Shown: one piece after another, positions 37,616 through 51,135 of the stretch
Layout: every line of letters begins with the position of its first letter
Numbering within the stretch: the first letter of the stretch is position 1
Assembly: GCF_001194135.2 (NCBI RefSeq)
Contig: NC_068983.1
Span: forward strand, 112,845,808 to 112,909,506
Direction: 5' to 3'
Length of the DNA: 63,699 nucleotides
Source of the DNA: Octopus bimaculoides
Taxonomy: Eukaryota
The notes under the pieces: model-generated
What the model was told of the DNA's origin: nothing
The model's database searches: none
What the model saw: only the letters and a program-made list of their open reading frames with translations
Translations under genes and position numbers: made by a program

Positions 37616-39039
37616 ATCTACACATTCACACAAACTTACATCCATATACAAACAGGTAGAAGCACGTGTAAAACTTGTGATGTCAAACAAAATTATTGTT
37701 TGAAATGTTTTATATTTATGATAATCCATTGGTGATATGCTTTATTCAATTCAACACGGGCTTGATAAATAAATAAATAAATAAACAAACCAACAAATAG
37801 ACAAACGAACAAACAAAAAAACAAACAAACAAACAAAGACTCACCTTTAAAATTTCCATATCTCAAAAGCAAATTCTGGAATTGCTGAATGTGTTTAATG
37901 CTTGCTGAGGTAAAAAAAATTCTTTGACTCTTACTTTAATGTTGTTTCTTTTGTGGAAACCTATTTCTGGTTAGTTTTCAGTATATTCATTTATCAGTAC
38001 AGAATGAAAGACTCTGAATTTACTTATTCAATTATTTATTTATTTATTTAGTTATTTATTTATTTCAACTGAGGAATGTTTAGGAAGATATAAAGATATG
38101 ATAGCAATCGTGTTAGAAGTATGATTTTATATAAAAGTTTATTTGTTTTATAATAAATATAAGAGCACATGGAAAATCATGGTGTAGGGGTAGTTGTGTT
38201 AGTGTTAATGATGTAATATGTTGCTTCTGCTGCTGCTGTTGTTGTTGTTGTTGTTGTTGTCAATGATGGTGATGGTGACGATACAATCAATGAGGGTTTT
38301 GTGCTGAATGTCTAACTGCAGCAGTGACAGATTGAAAATAGTGTTGGCAATTAAACTGAATATTGACATGATTTCACTGTAGAGGTGGATGGCAAATATG
38401 GAATGCGAGATGGTATTTTGACGTGAATATTAAAAATGCAGTGCATCTATCTGTCTATGGCTGGATGGATGGATGGATGTGGTCTTGGAGGAATTGAACT
38501 ACTCTGAAAATTTGACACAGGTTATATGCATTAAGTTAAAATCTTTTTTTTTTTTCATTGCAAACTTCTGTCTTGTATTCAATAAACGTTAACATCCAAA
38601 TAAGTTCTACTTGACTAAATGGCATAAAATCTCCCACAAAATCACTTAGGCCTGTGGTCCACATTTAAGCTATCTCCTCTCCCTGCCTTATCTATTCCAA
38701 CTACAATGGCCTCCATTCCACTAAGTTGGTGTTCTCATGACATCTCAAGTACTCTAAACACACTCATCTCTTTTCCTATCATCATCCATATTGTGTCCAC
38801 ATCTCATCCTGCACTAATTCTTATACTCTATCTTTCCTCCCAGAATATCATCTCTCTGAAATTTCCTCTTCTTTCCTGCACTTGATGACTTGCAGCAGTC
38901 TAGGCAGGAAGTTAACAGCAGTTTAACTGGTCTTCAAGAGACTGCAAAGACCATGAGTACTGCCCCTTATGCTAAACTAAATATATAAAAACCAAAAACA
39001 AATGAAAAGAAAAAAATGCATGTAAATGGCACCCATCTA

Positions 39040-39295
39040 TCAATCATAGTCATGGTCATTGCTAGTGTCGTGTAAATGGCACGCATGCCGGTGGCACATA
39101 AAAGCACCCATTACACTCTTAAGTGGTTGGTGTTAGGAAGGGCTTCCAGCTGTAGAAACCATGCCAAATCAGACTAGAACCTGGTGCAACTCGCCAGCTC
39201 ATCAGCTCCAGTCAAACCATTTACCCAATGCCAGCATAGAGAAAGGTCATTAAACGATGATGATAATGATGATGACGATGATTATGATGATGATC
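39040..39295 (+). mobile_element. RTE family 3' end fragment
   Basis: catgccggtggcacataaaagcacccattacactct...gggcttccagctgtagaaa...ttaaacgatgatgat. Confidence 0.8.
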
Positions 39296-39918
39296 ATTGT
39301 TATAAATATCCTATTCATTATTTACCTCCTTTAGTACAACCACCAGTGTTGTTATACCTTACCTAAAGTATCACCAACATTGTCATTGTTGTCATCGTAG
39401 TTGTCATCATCATAAGAGGTGGTGGTTGCATCAACATCATTCTTATTATAATCCTTACTGTAACAACCCTAACAGACTATTAACCCACTTCATCTTCATT
39501 ATCATCATCATTTCCAGGTCCATTTTTATCATCATTATTTCCAGTTTTCAAAACAAAATATGGTTTGTTCCTGACACAGTTGATTAATGTTACATTATAA
39601 TTTAAATTTCAATTAAAGAAATAGGGGATAAAAAAACCTTTTGAAACCCTAATTTAATTTACATTGTGCTCTATGTGTAAAATGAAAACATCCTAATTAG
39701 CCAGAGGAAAATTTATTTGTGCAATAAATTTCCTCAGGATATTAAATAAAAGAAAAAGTAATAATATAGTATAGAATAAAATAAATTGTGACATGCTAGT
39801 CAAAAGACAAAATGCACAAAATAATTTTTATGAACAATTACAGTTTAACTATCAAGCAGGAAGTGATTACTTAAAGACAGGTGTTAGAATACACGTACAC
39901 ACACAGACACGCATGCAC

Positions 39919-40004
<86 letters not shown>

Positions 40005-40628
40005 CAAATAAGAAAATGGATGAGGATAAACAATCAACAAACATTAGCCTGTAAACATTCAATTATATTTATTTATTAATTGATTACAATCATATGCATA
40101 AGTGATCCAAATAAACAAATGAAATAAGCAAATAAACAAGTAAGTAAAGAGATAAATAAAAATAAACGAATAAGAATAAACGAGTGAATAAATACTAAAC
40201 TTTTACTGCTGTTTCTACCATCTGGTTGCCCAATCTGCCAAGTTTTCCACATCATACCAGTGATATATAAGGATTTTATAGACTACACGTCTACAAGATT
40301 ACAAGTCTATAAGTCTGAAAATATTTTCATTCATTCCTTTTCACCTTTGCTCTTCTATTTCGGACAATTACTTGAAAATTTGAAAGTACAATTTAGATCT
40401 ATCCATAACAGAATAACATTTCCTAAATCTTACTTTAGTGCATAGTTTCTCTCTGCATTTTAATACGATATTGTACTAATCAGCTACCTCCCTCCAATAG
40501 AGTTCAGCAGTGTTTATTTTTCCACTAATTGCTTTGTCCATTATTTTTCTCGTTGAGACAATTACTTGTTAGTTTGAAATACATCTCAGATATATTCATA
40601 AAAAATACTACATCCATAACCATAAGTA

Positions 40629-41882
40629 TTGGGTTGTCTGGAAAGTTTGTGCCGATTTTTAAAGGAAAGAAAAATGTCAATAAATACTTGCCATTACATT
40701 TTTAATCAACCAAATATGAACCATTTTGTTGCACAATGCGTCTCCATCTTTCCTTTAACCTAAAAATACCCTCTTCCCAGAAAAGAATTCATCAGGGTAT
40801 CTTTTTATGTCATCCAAGGAATTGAAATTTTTACCATTAAGACTATTCTGCAGAGACCTGAATAAGTGAAAATCTGAAGGTGTAATATCTGGGGAATATG
40901 GAGGGTGGGGTAACACATCTCAGCCGAGCTGCAGCAATTTTTGTCTGGTTTCCAAAGAAATGTGCGGTCTTGCATTATCATGTTGGAAAACAACACCCTT
41001 CCTGTTGGCCAATTCTGAACATTTCTCTTGAATTGCTGCTTTAAACTCGTCAAGTTGTGTGCAGTATTTCTCAGAATTAATTCTCTGGTTACTTGGGAGA
41101 AGCTCAATACAGAATTCCTTTCAAATCCTACCAGACACAAAGCAAGACTTTTTTAGGGTGAAGACCTGCTTTTGGGGTGGCTAAAGGTGGCTCATGTTGC
41201 TTATTCCATGATCACTTTCTCTGAACATTTCAGTAGATAATCCATTTCTCATTACCTGTCGCAATTTGCTTTAAAAAAGGCATGTTTTCATTCTGTTTAT
41301 AAAGTGAATCACAGATGGAAATGCGATCCAAAAGGTTCTTCTCACTCAACTCATGTGGTACCCAAACATTGTAGCGATTTGTGTACCCAAGCTTTACCAG
41401 GTGCTCATGCATGACGGATTTTGATAGGTTGAGGCTTTCTGCCAATTCTCAGGTTGTGCAATGTGGGTTGTTCTCAATTCATGACTTGATTTGGTCCTCA
41501 TCTGTAGTGGATGGTCTGCCTGATCGCTCTTTATCAATAAGGCTACAATCTCCAACTCGAAACCTTGCGAACCACTTCTGTACAGTTCTTTCAGGTAAAG
41601 AAATATCACCGTAAACTGTGCATATTTCTTGTGAAGCATTTTTCCCTTTACAGAAAAAGAAAAGCATCAAGTACCAAAAATAAACTTTCTTATCTTCCAT
41701 TTTAAAGGTTTACAGAATTAACACAGGTTATAGGAACATAAACCTTCTTCCACGAAAAGATAGCTTAAACTGTGCTCTAAATGGAAGTGTAGTCAAATCC
41801 TATTTTATGGACTCAACCATGTTCTAAAATAAGTCGAAAGGTAAGCTACTATAAATCAGTAAGAACTTTCCAGACAACCCAA
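40629..41882 (-). mobile_element. Mariner DNA transposon, full length (1254 bp)
   Basis: TIR TTGGGTTGTCTGGAAAGTT at both ends; TA TSD at 40627-28 and 41883-84. Confidence 0.95.
40702..41700 (-). pseudogene. Disrupted mariner (DD34D-type) transposase
   Basis: MEDKKVYFWYLMLFFFCKGKNASQ, WFARFR, RSGRP, WVPHEL, TGNEKW, HDNARPH, YSPDITPSDFHL; stops and frameshifts present. Confidence 0.92.
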
Positions 41883-43140
41883 TACTTTTCATTGCCCATT
41901 CATTAAGTAAGGCCCCTTAGACAATTCATTCTTTAAATATTTTTTCCAATGTTTGTTCAACCTTTGTAAAATCCCTGTATATCACTGGAGTGATGCAGAA
42001 AACTTGGCAGATTGGGCAACAGTAGTAACAGTAGAAACAGTAGTAAGAGTTTAGTATTTGTTCACTTATTTATCCTTATTCGTTTTATTTTTATTTATCT
42101 ATTTATTTACTTGTTTATTTGCTTATTTCATTCATTTATTTGGATCACTTATGCATATGATAGTAATCAATTAATAAATAGATATAATTGAATGTTTACA
42201 GGCTAATGTTTGTTGATTGTTTATCCTCATCCATTTTCTTATTTGCCTTATAAATTCTGGGTAAATTTCTGCTTTACCCCTATCCATACCTAGTATTTAA
42301 TTGCGATATTTCCCTGCAATAGTAAGCACTTGGATATAAATACATAAGTATACATCTAGTAGTATATTGGATATTTATTATCCCTTAGATGGTTGCTTAA
42401 CCTCTAACTCATACAGACATATATATATGTATATATATATATATATATCTATGATGTTTAAATGATGGAAAATAGAATGAACACTATTCTTTATTTAAAA
42501 ATCACCTCAATAGTTTTGACATATTTTTACACTTGTAGCACATTAGTGAGATGTTGCATCCATCCAAGGAGTAAAATACACCTCCTCAGGTGATTATTTA
42601 AATAAGTCCTTCAGTAGATCCTACTGTCATTTCACTCAGTAGGAGAATGCATACCTAAAGCAGTGTGTCATTTTCAGCAGTTTACACACAAAACTAAACC
42701 CGTAGATATAGTGACAGACAAAATAGAGTTATAGTCAAAATGCAAAATACAGAAATACAGAAACAGTCAAATAAAAAGAAGTTCTGGTTCACTACGATAT
42801 AACAATTTTATCTTCATGGTCAGATTATAAGGAAAAGCATGCAAAACAATATGAAGAATAAAATTAAGTGTTTAAAGATAATAAAGTGATAAATTGAAGA
42901 AGACTGACCATTTCTCTACTTAGCAAATGTTTCTTTGTTTCTTTGAAGCTATAAATTATCCTGTCTTTCATGACAAAACAACTGGCTCCATTCTACACTC
43001 AAATCATCTTTTATTTAAAGTTAATTTATTACAGTCTAGCTTTTTATGCCTTTTTGAAACAACTAGAAAAAATAAATTAGTAGGTGTCTTTATGCTTTCT
43101 CCCTCGTACACATAATGTTCTTGCATGTACCCACCTACGG

Positions 43141-43208
<68 letters not shown>
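43141..43208. repeat. (GATA)n microsatellite
   Basis: Direct reading. Confidence 0.95.
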
Positions 43209-43209
<1 letters not shown>

Positions 43210-43678
43210 CATGTGTGTATATTTTTATATACACTCACATGTATCTATATATGCACATATATATATACTTCTTACATGCATTCTTATTTTTATGGAGCCA
43301 GGACAAAGACAGAATAGCAAAGTAAAATGAAATGTATATGCGCATGTCTATTTATATACCCACAGATATCTACTTCTTACATACATACATACTATTTTAT
43401 AAAAAGAAATAAAAATGAAAATGAAATGCAAAACAGAAATACATGCATATATCTATTTATAAATACGTACATATATTCGTTTTCATCATGATCATTATCA
43501 TTTAAGATCCAAATAAAAACCTTGTAATATGCTATGCAAAGCTCGTCAACAGTTATTGGTTACTTCATGTCATCATACAGTGAGAATTCTTTTGCGACTG
43601 GATACACATCAGGAATTCCATAGTATCCATAGAGTTTATATGAATAAATAAATAATAGAAAATGGAATGAATGACATT

Positions 43679-45305
43679 CATCATCATCATTGTTTAACGT
43701 TCATATTCCATGCTGGCATGGGTTGAATGATTTGACTGGAGATTGGCAAGCCAGGAGGTCGCACCAAACTCCAATCTGATCTAGATGCCCTTCCTAACAC
43801 CAACCACTCTGAGAGGGTAGTGGGCGCTTTTTACATGCCTCGGCATGGGAGCCAGTCAGACGGCACCGATACCAACCACGTTCGGATGGTGCTTTTTACA
43901 TGCCACTGGTACAGGAGCCACTTGGGGCAAGGGGGATGGCATTGACCATGTTCAGATGGTGCTTTTTATTTGCCACCAGCATGGGGAGCCAGTCAGGCAG
44001 CTCTGGCAGCGACCCATGCATGAAGGAATGGTGCTTATTGCATGCCACCAGCACTGATAATGGCCATAACTACAATTTCCATTTGATTGTGATTTGATAT
44101 GATTTTGATTTACTTGACTCAATAGGTCTCCTCAAGCATGGAATGTTGCCTGATGAGCCAAAGGTATTTTGTTAATGAGCTGGTTATGCAACACGGGTGT
44201 CGGCTACAGCTCTGATCTAACTTTTCTTGCCAGGTCTTCTGATTCACAACATATCTCCAGAGGTTTCAGTCTTTCGTCATTGCCTCTGTGAAGCCCAATG
44301 TTCAAAGGTCATGCTTCACCACCTCATCCCATGTCTTCCTGGGTCTCCCTCTTCCACGGGTTCCTTCCACTGTTAGGGAGTGATATTTCTTCACACAGCT
44401 CTCCTCATCCATATGTAGCACATGATCATACCAATACAGTCATCTCTCTTACACACCACATCTGATGCTTCTTATGTCTAACATTTCTCTCAGAGCACTT
44501 ACACTCTGTCATTTGTGCACACTGACCTTACACATCCAGCTGATCATACTAGCTTCATTTCCTTCAAGCCTACGCATGTCTTCAGCAGTCACGGCCCAAG
44601 TTTCATTGCCGTGTAGCATGGCAGTTTGCACACATGCATCATACAATCTACTTTTCACTCTGAGCGAGAGGCCCTTTGTCGCCAGTGGAGGTAGGAGCTT
44701 TCTGAACTTTGCCCAGACTATTCTTATTCTGGTGGCAATGCTCTCTGAGTATCCACCCCCACTACAGATTTGGTCATCTAGGTAGCAGAAGCTATCAACT
44801 ACTTCTAGTTTCTTCCCCTGGCATGTGATGGAATCAGTTTTCTGAGCATCTGTGGTTTTTATTGCCCCTGTGCATCTACTGCACACAAAAGCTATCTTCC
44901 TGGTTAACCTTCCTTTAATGTTGCTGCACCTGTTATGCATCCATAGCTTACACTGGGTACATCTTATGGAGTTCCTACCAACATCATTTCTACAGATTGA
45001 GCAGGACCATCTACCAGAAGGGGTTTGTGATGTATCCGCCTTCCTACTTACTAGAACTTTGGTTTTTGCAACGTTGACTCTAAGGCTCTTTGATTCTAAA
45101 CCTTGCTTCCACACCTGAAATTTCTTCTCTAGTTCTGGTAGTGATTCCACTATGAGAGCAAGGTCATCAGCATAGAGAAGCTCTTGTATGCAGTATACAT
45201 CAACACATCTCTATTCAAGCATCTCTAAAATCTCACTAGACCTACATTTCAGTATGCCTACATTGACAGTGCCAACTCTAAAAACAGGGAAAGGAATGTG
45301 AGAGA
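43679..45305 (-). mobile_element. RTE LINE copy 2: EN start fused to RT YADD, PHD-like finger, 3' UTR and tail
   Basis: FRVGTVNVGILK...VDVYCIQE joined in frame to LLYADDLALI; then CSIC..CTQC..H..C..CSRC, ARIRIVWAKFR and a (GAT)n tail. Confidence 0.92.
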
Positions 45306-45625
45306 AGACATCTTTATTTAAATCGACTACAATTAGTTTGACACATTTTTACACCTGTAATACATTGGTGAGATGTTGTGTAATTATTATCATTTATCCA
45401 AGGTGTAAAACGCACCTCTTGGATGGATGATGATATATTGTTAGGTACATAAAGTGATTGATATTTAGATATTTTTAAAAAATCAATTTAGTTAAACAAA
45501 GTCAACAAAGAAAATAAACACCATCAGAATTCATATTAGAAAGGAGATTGAATACAGCATGTATAAGTTGGCATAAGAAATGCAAACATTGACATTTACA
45601 AACAGGAAGCATAACAGTAAAAACA

Positions 45626-45660
<35 letters not shown>

Positions 45661-46010
45661 GTGTGTTTGTGTGTGTGTATGTGTGCGCATGCAAGCACAC
45701 ACAAACTTATTAAACAAAATTCAGTGGAAGGCAATCTGTATTGACACAGGACAGTGCATGTCAATGCAAACATCAAAACTAAATTATTTGGCAGTATTAA
45801 TAATACTAAATTTTAAATGATAATTTCTAAATATCTATGCTGGAGTGAACAAATGAGTTTAAAGACATGCTGTTGTCTATGTAGCAGATCTCCCTTCCAC
45901 ATAGTATTGATATTGTTCAATGAGAGTTCAAAAGCAAATATATCTTAGCACCACTGTGGTTGTAGGAATTGCCAGAACAAAACTGAAAACTCTGAACTGC
46001 CTTCAAGATA

Positions 46011-46874
46011 GGAGGTATCTTCCAGAAATTTTAAGCCTGTTTAGGAGAGGCAGTTATAACTGATCTAGGTCGTTATAATGTTAGTATATCATTGCTATAC
46101 ATCCAATAAGCTGACCTGCCAACTTTTGTTATTCCAGATTGAAGGAGATAGTTGTAATAACACTTTGAATACACCATACAAAACACTACTTGTCACAGCT
46201 GTGTAGTTTGCAGAGTGCAGTTGGGAAGTTTGGAAACTTGTTATGCAGTAAAGTTCTGTGTTAGGCTGGGCAAAAGCATTTCAGAGACTTATGAAATGCT
46301 CCTGACTGCTTATAGATTTATTTTTTCATTGGCACAAGAGGTTCAAGGATAGTAGAGAAGAGTGTGAGACAATGAAAGTAGTAGAAGAGAGAGAGAGACA
46401 TCAGAACATCAGAACTATAAGAGAAAATACACAATTTTCTGGATGAAGACTGGCATGTGTGGCTATAAAGACAATGAGCATGCAGTTAGGAGTTGATATG
46501 GAAACTGGATACAGAATTACTCATGAAAATCTGAACATGTGCAAAATTTGTGCAGTCTGCTCAGTGACAGCCACCTAGGTAACCAACTATTTGACAGAGA
46601 TGAGCATCAAAACTGTCCCTCACTCTCCCTACAGTCCAGACATTGCTACCTGTGATTTTTTTTTATTGTTCTCCAAACTGAAGATGGAGATGAAAGGAGA
46701 CTGTAGTAAGGGTCCTAGACACCTTCATTTTTGAAGACTTCTATGGGGCCTTCACAACATGCTTGAAGCACTACAAGTGCATTGAAGTCAGAGGATCCTA
46801 CTGTGAAGGTGATTAGAGTTTGGCACTTCCTAGAACTTAATGAAAATGTCTCAAAACTTCTGGAATGCACCTTG
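46011..46874 (+). mobile_element. Old internally deleted mariner relic
   Basis: AVKFCVRLGKSISETYEML, FHWHKRFKDSRE, VPHSPYSPDIATCDFF; degenerate TIRs (ggaggtatcttccagaaatttt / caaggtgcattccagaagtttt) with flanking TA. Confidence 0.75.
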
Positions 46875-47057
46875 TACGAGTTCCTGAATTACAATTAGTT
46901 AAATTAACCCTAGTACATGATTGGAGCTGACACTTTTTTTATTAACCCTAGAAGGAAGAAAAGCAAAGTAGACCATAGTAAAATATAAACGGAGAATGTA
47001 AAGAATAAAAACAAAACTTAAGAATCAAATTTTCCTGGCTTATTATTTTTGTTTTAT

Positions 47058-47440
47058 CTTTTACTTGTTTCAGTCATTAGACTACGGCCATGCTGGGGCA
47101 CTGCCCTAATGAATTTTTAATCAAATTAATTGACCTCAGTACTTATTTTTTAAAGTCTGGTACTTATTCTATTGGTCTCTTTTGCCAAACCACTAAGTTA
47201 TGAGGACATAAACACTCCAGCACTGGTTGCCAAGCAGTGGTGGGGACCAAGACAAACACAATCACACACACACACACACATACGATGGTTTCTTTGAGTT
47301 TCTGTCTACCAAATCCAATCACAAGGCCTTGGTCAGCATAAGGCTATAGTAGAAGACACTTGCCCAATGTTCCACGGAGTGGGATTGACCCCAGAACGAT
47401 GTGGCTAGAAAGCAAGCTTCTTCCCACACGGCCACATCTG
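47058..47440 (-). mobile_element. SINE family A
   Basis: Reverse complement of the family A sequence. Confidence 0.8.
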
Positions 47441-47484
47441 GCTTAGTAACCATGCTAATAGTAGTGACATGAATACAAGTTTTT

Positions 47485-47714
47485 TTTTTCTTTATTGCCC
47501 ACAAGGGGCTAAACACAGAGGGGACAAACAAGGACAAAAGGATTAAGTCGATTACATTGACCCCAGTGCTTAACTGGTACTTAATTTATCGACCCCAAAA
47601 GGAGGAAAGGCAGAGTTGACCTCGGCAGAATTTGAACTCAGAACGTAATGGCAGACGAAATACCGCTAAGCATTTCGCCTGGTGTGCTAATGTTTCTGCC
47701 AGCTCGCCGCCCTA
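47485..47714 (-). mobile_element. SINE family B with A-rich tail and perfect 16-bp TSD
   Basis: ATGAATACAAGTTTTT at 47469-47484 and 47715-47730. Confidence 0.9.
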
Positions 47715-47854
47715 ATGAATACAAGTTTTTGAGGTAGTGTTTTGTTACCAGATCTACTTCCTGATCCTAACCAGTTTAGTTGCCTCAGATAATAGCACAT
47801 GAATAACAGATTAACATGCAGAGGAGTGTAGCAGTTTTCTTGGAACATTGTTGT

Positions 47855-48237
47855 TGGCACTCCGTCACTTACGACGTCGAGGGTTCCAGTTGATCCGATC
47901 AGCAGAACAGCCTGCTCATGAAATTAACGTGCAAGTGGCTGAGCACTCCACAGACACGTGTACCCTTAACGTTGTTCTCGGGGATATTCAGCATGACACA
48001 GTGTGACAAGGCTGACCCTTTGAATTACAGGCACAACAGAAACAGGAAGTAAGAGTGAGAGAAGGTTGTGGTGGAAGAGTACAGCAGGGTTCACCACCAT
48101 CCCCTGCCAGAGCCTCGGGGAGCTTTAGGTGTTTTCGCTCAATAAACACTCTCAACGCCTGGTCTGGGAATTGAAACCGCGATCCTATGACTGCAAGTCT
48201 GCTGCCCTAACCACTGGGCCATTGTGCCGCCACCTTC
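47855..48237 (-). mobile_element. tRNA-derived SINE family C with 12-bp TSD
   Basis: A box TGGCCCAGTGG, B box GGTTTCAATTCC; TSD gaacattgttgt (47843-54) / gaacattattgt (48238-49); (CAA) tail. Confidence 0.8.
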
Positions 48238-48669
48238 GAACATTATTGTACAAGAAAATAGTGTGTGATGGAAAGAATTGTATAGCACGAAAAAATGTAT
48301 ATATTTTAATAGTACCTACTATTTTGTGTTAATTATCCAACAACAGAGTAAAACAGTTACAGAAATATCAGTACTACATCAGTAATACGCTCTGATCTTT
48401 ATTCATCTGGTTGAAGAAGCACTTGACACAAGCCTCATCATTAGGAAACCATGGTGTAAAATATTTGAACATTAATGAGGACATATTTGTTACCATTTTA
48501 CGATATGGAACATAACATAAGTAATCTTATGAATATAAGAAGCACTTCTCACAAAAAGGCACAAGCAGGCCATCAATAGTAGATTAGATTTAGGCCAATA
48601 GCTAATATAATCCAACTACCATAACAGCTATTTGCTATTACTATACTATTAATACTAGTGATAATAATA

Positions 48670-49065
48670 ATCCTTTCTACTAAAGGCACAAGGCCTGAAA
48701 TCTGGGGAAGGGGACCAGTCGATTAGATCGACCCCAGTACCTAACTGGTACTTAGTTTATTGACACCGAAAGGATGGCAGGCAAAGTCAACCTTGGCAGA
48801 ATTTGAATACAGAACACAGTGACAGATAAAATACTGTTAAGCATTTCGCCTAGGATTCTAATGATTCTGCCAGCTTGTAGTCTTTTAATAATACTACTGA
48901 TAATAATAATGGTTTCAAATTTTGACACAAGGCCAGCAGGTCAATCATATCAAGGATGAAAGGCAAAGTTGATCTTGGCAGAATTTGAACTCAGAATGTA
49001 AAGACGGATGAAATGCCACTAAGCATTTTGTATGGTGTGCTAACGATTCTGCCAGCTCACCACCT
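48670..49065 (-). mobile_element. Cluster of two SINE family B copies/fragments in a TAA-rich tract
   Basis: Two aaggatg..aggcaaagt..a.cttggcagaatttgaa cores at ~48770 and ~48955. Confidence 0.7.
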
Positions 49066-49561
49066 TACAGAGATGCCTAATAATACCCCTATTAATACCA
49101 CTGCTGCTGCTAAAACTGTTACTGTTACAACTACCACTCTTCCTCTTCCTCTTCCTTCACCTCCTCCTCCTCCTACTACTACTACCACAGACTGTGTTGC
49201 TGTTACTGTTGTTGATACTATGACTATAGCAACAAATAGTAAACCTCTGATATTTCTTCAACTGTTTTCTACAGTTGATGGGTATCATACCCGAAATATA
49301 AGGAATCATTAAATTATACATTTTTTCCAATAAATTTCCTCTAAATTCATTTAACTTGTCATTTATACTTATATAGACATACATTCATTCATACATTCCC
49401 ATACACACATATTATCTATGGTATATATTTTTTATACATATACATACATATTCACACACACAATCATTCACACACATACATATTTCTTTAAACTTTAATG
49501 TGGTCCTGTTCTTTCTAATATAAATATTTCATTTCTCTTAAGGAAGTTTACAACTTGCTCA

Positions 49562-49564
<3 letters not shown>

Positions 49565-49627
<63 letters not shown>
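49565..49627. repeat. (CT)n microsatellite
   Basis: Direct reading. Confidence 0.95.
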
Positions 49628-49630
<3 letters not shown>

Positions 49631-50169
49631 ATCACTCATGTACATAAGGTTTTCTTTCTACTTCCTTTGGCCTCTCTCTCTCTCTCTTTCAGCCTCCTAT
49701 CATTTTCATAAACTATAGGCCCTTTAAATTATATCACTTTGGACACTACTACCATCACACATATATTTATGATGAGTGAAAATGAAAACAAACCAAGATA
49801 AGCACCAAAATCTTTGTTTTCTTATCTTTTAATTTCTACCACATTCATTCACTACTTTATCTTCTTATATGTTAAATTTTCTTTTTTGACTCTTCTTTAA
49901 ACTTTAAAATGGCTTTCATCTTTCTAATATTAATATTTATTTATTTATTGAAGTTTTGGAGTTTACTTGCTGTTCTCTTTAATTTCAGTATTTCTTCTCT
50001 CTTATAAAAGCTTGTTGTATGCTTGCTCACAATGCATCCAACCACCCATACCAGAAATGCTTCTCTCTTCTCTCACCTGTTCCACTTTCTCCACGTATGG
50101 CATCATCCTACCAGCGTTGGTAATTAAAGAGACAGCAAAGCCAAGCACCGGTAACTTCAGTAACGTTAT

Positions 50170-50395
50170 TCTTTTACTTGTTTCAGTTATTTGACTGTGG
50201 CCATGCTGGAGCACCACCGTTAGTCAAGCAAATCGACCCCAGGACTTATTCTTTGGATGCCTAGTACTTATTCTATCGGTCTCTTTTGCCGAACCGCTAA
50301 TTTACGGGGACATAAACACACCAGCATTGGTTGTCAAGCAATGCTGGGGGGACAAACACAGACACACAAACATATGCACACACACACTCACATAC

Positions 50396-50458
<63 letters not shown>

Positions 50459-50622
50459 TACGACGCGCTTCTTTCAGTTTCCGTCTACCAAATCCACTCA
50501 TAAAGCTTTGGTCAGCCCGAGGCTAGAGTAGAAGACACTTGCCCAAGGTGCCACACAGTGGGAATGAACCCGGAGCCATGTGGTTGGTAAGCAAGCTACT
50601 TACCACACAGTCACTCCTGCAC
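50170..50622 (-). mobile_element. SINE family A, full length
   Basis: Complete head to tail with internal (TA)n. Confidence 0.88.
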
Positions 50623-50894
50623 CTAATAACATGTTAATAACATGCTAATAACATTAGGAATACTTCTTATCTATTGATAAGAGTTGTAAGCTATACAATC
50701 TGCGGCAGATGCAGCAACTGTTGAAGAATGACCAAAGGAATAAATGATAACAAACGAATTAAATGTGATAAAAAATGTGTACTAATCTACCAACTGTTCG
50801 CAAAGCATTGACCAAGTATTTTTATTCTTCTCAGGTGCAGAAATCTTCAAATGAAAATGAACCAACTATCCCTAAAGATATTCTCCACTTTCTG

Positions 50895-51135
50895 ATGAAA
50901 GGTAACACTGGTAAGATTGTGGAAATGGTATAGTGGAGATGAATGGATGGATACTGTGTGCAAAAGGTAAGGTGAAAAGGATCTTCAACTAATCTCCTCA
51001 CAGGCAGGAGACAGCATTACAAAGTCGTCTGCGTGTGTAATAGAGACAACAGTGTTGAGTAAGCATGCTATTGGCTGAGAAATGGATAGAGAATGTAATC
51101 GAGGTAGCCAGGTTGTGTGATAGGATAATTTAATT
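50895..51135 (+). mobile_element. Degenerate RTE endonuclease 5' fragment
   Basis: Nucleotide similarity to 9985-10230 (aaaggt..c.ggt.agattgt.ga.atg; gctgagaaatggatagagaatgtaatcgaggtag). Confidence 0.6.

Larger units (their letters stand above)
40000..42250. mobile_element. Element with ~280-bp terminal inverted repeats (TAAGGC...GCCTTA) hosting a mariner
   Basis: 40000-40278 matches the reverse complement of 41967-42250; TA on both flanks; the left end abuts (TA)n 39923-39999. Confidence 0.8.
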
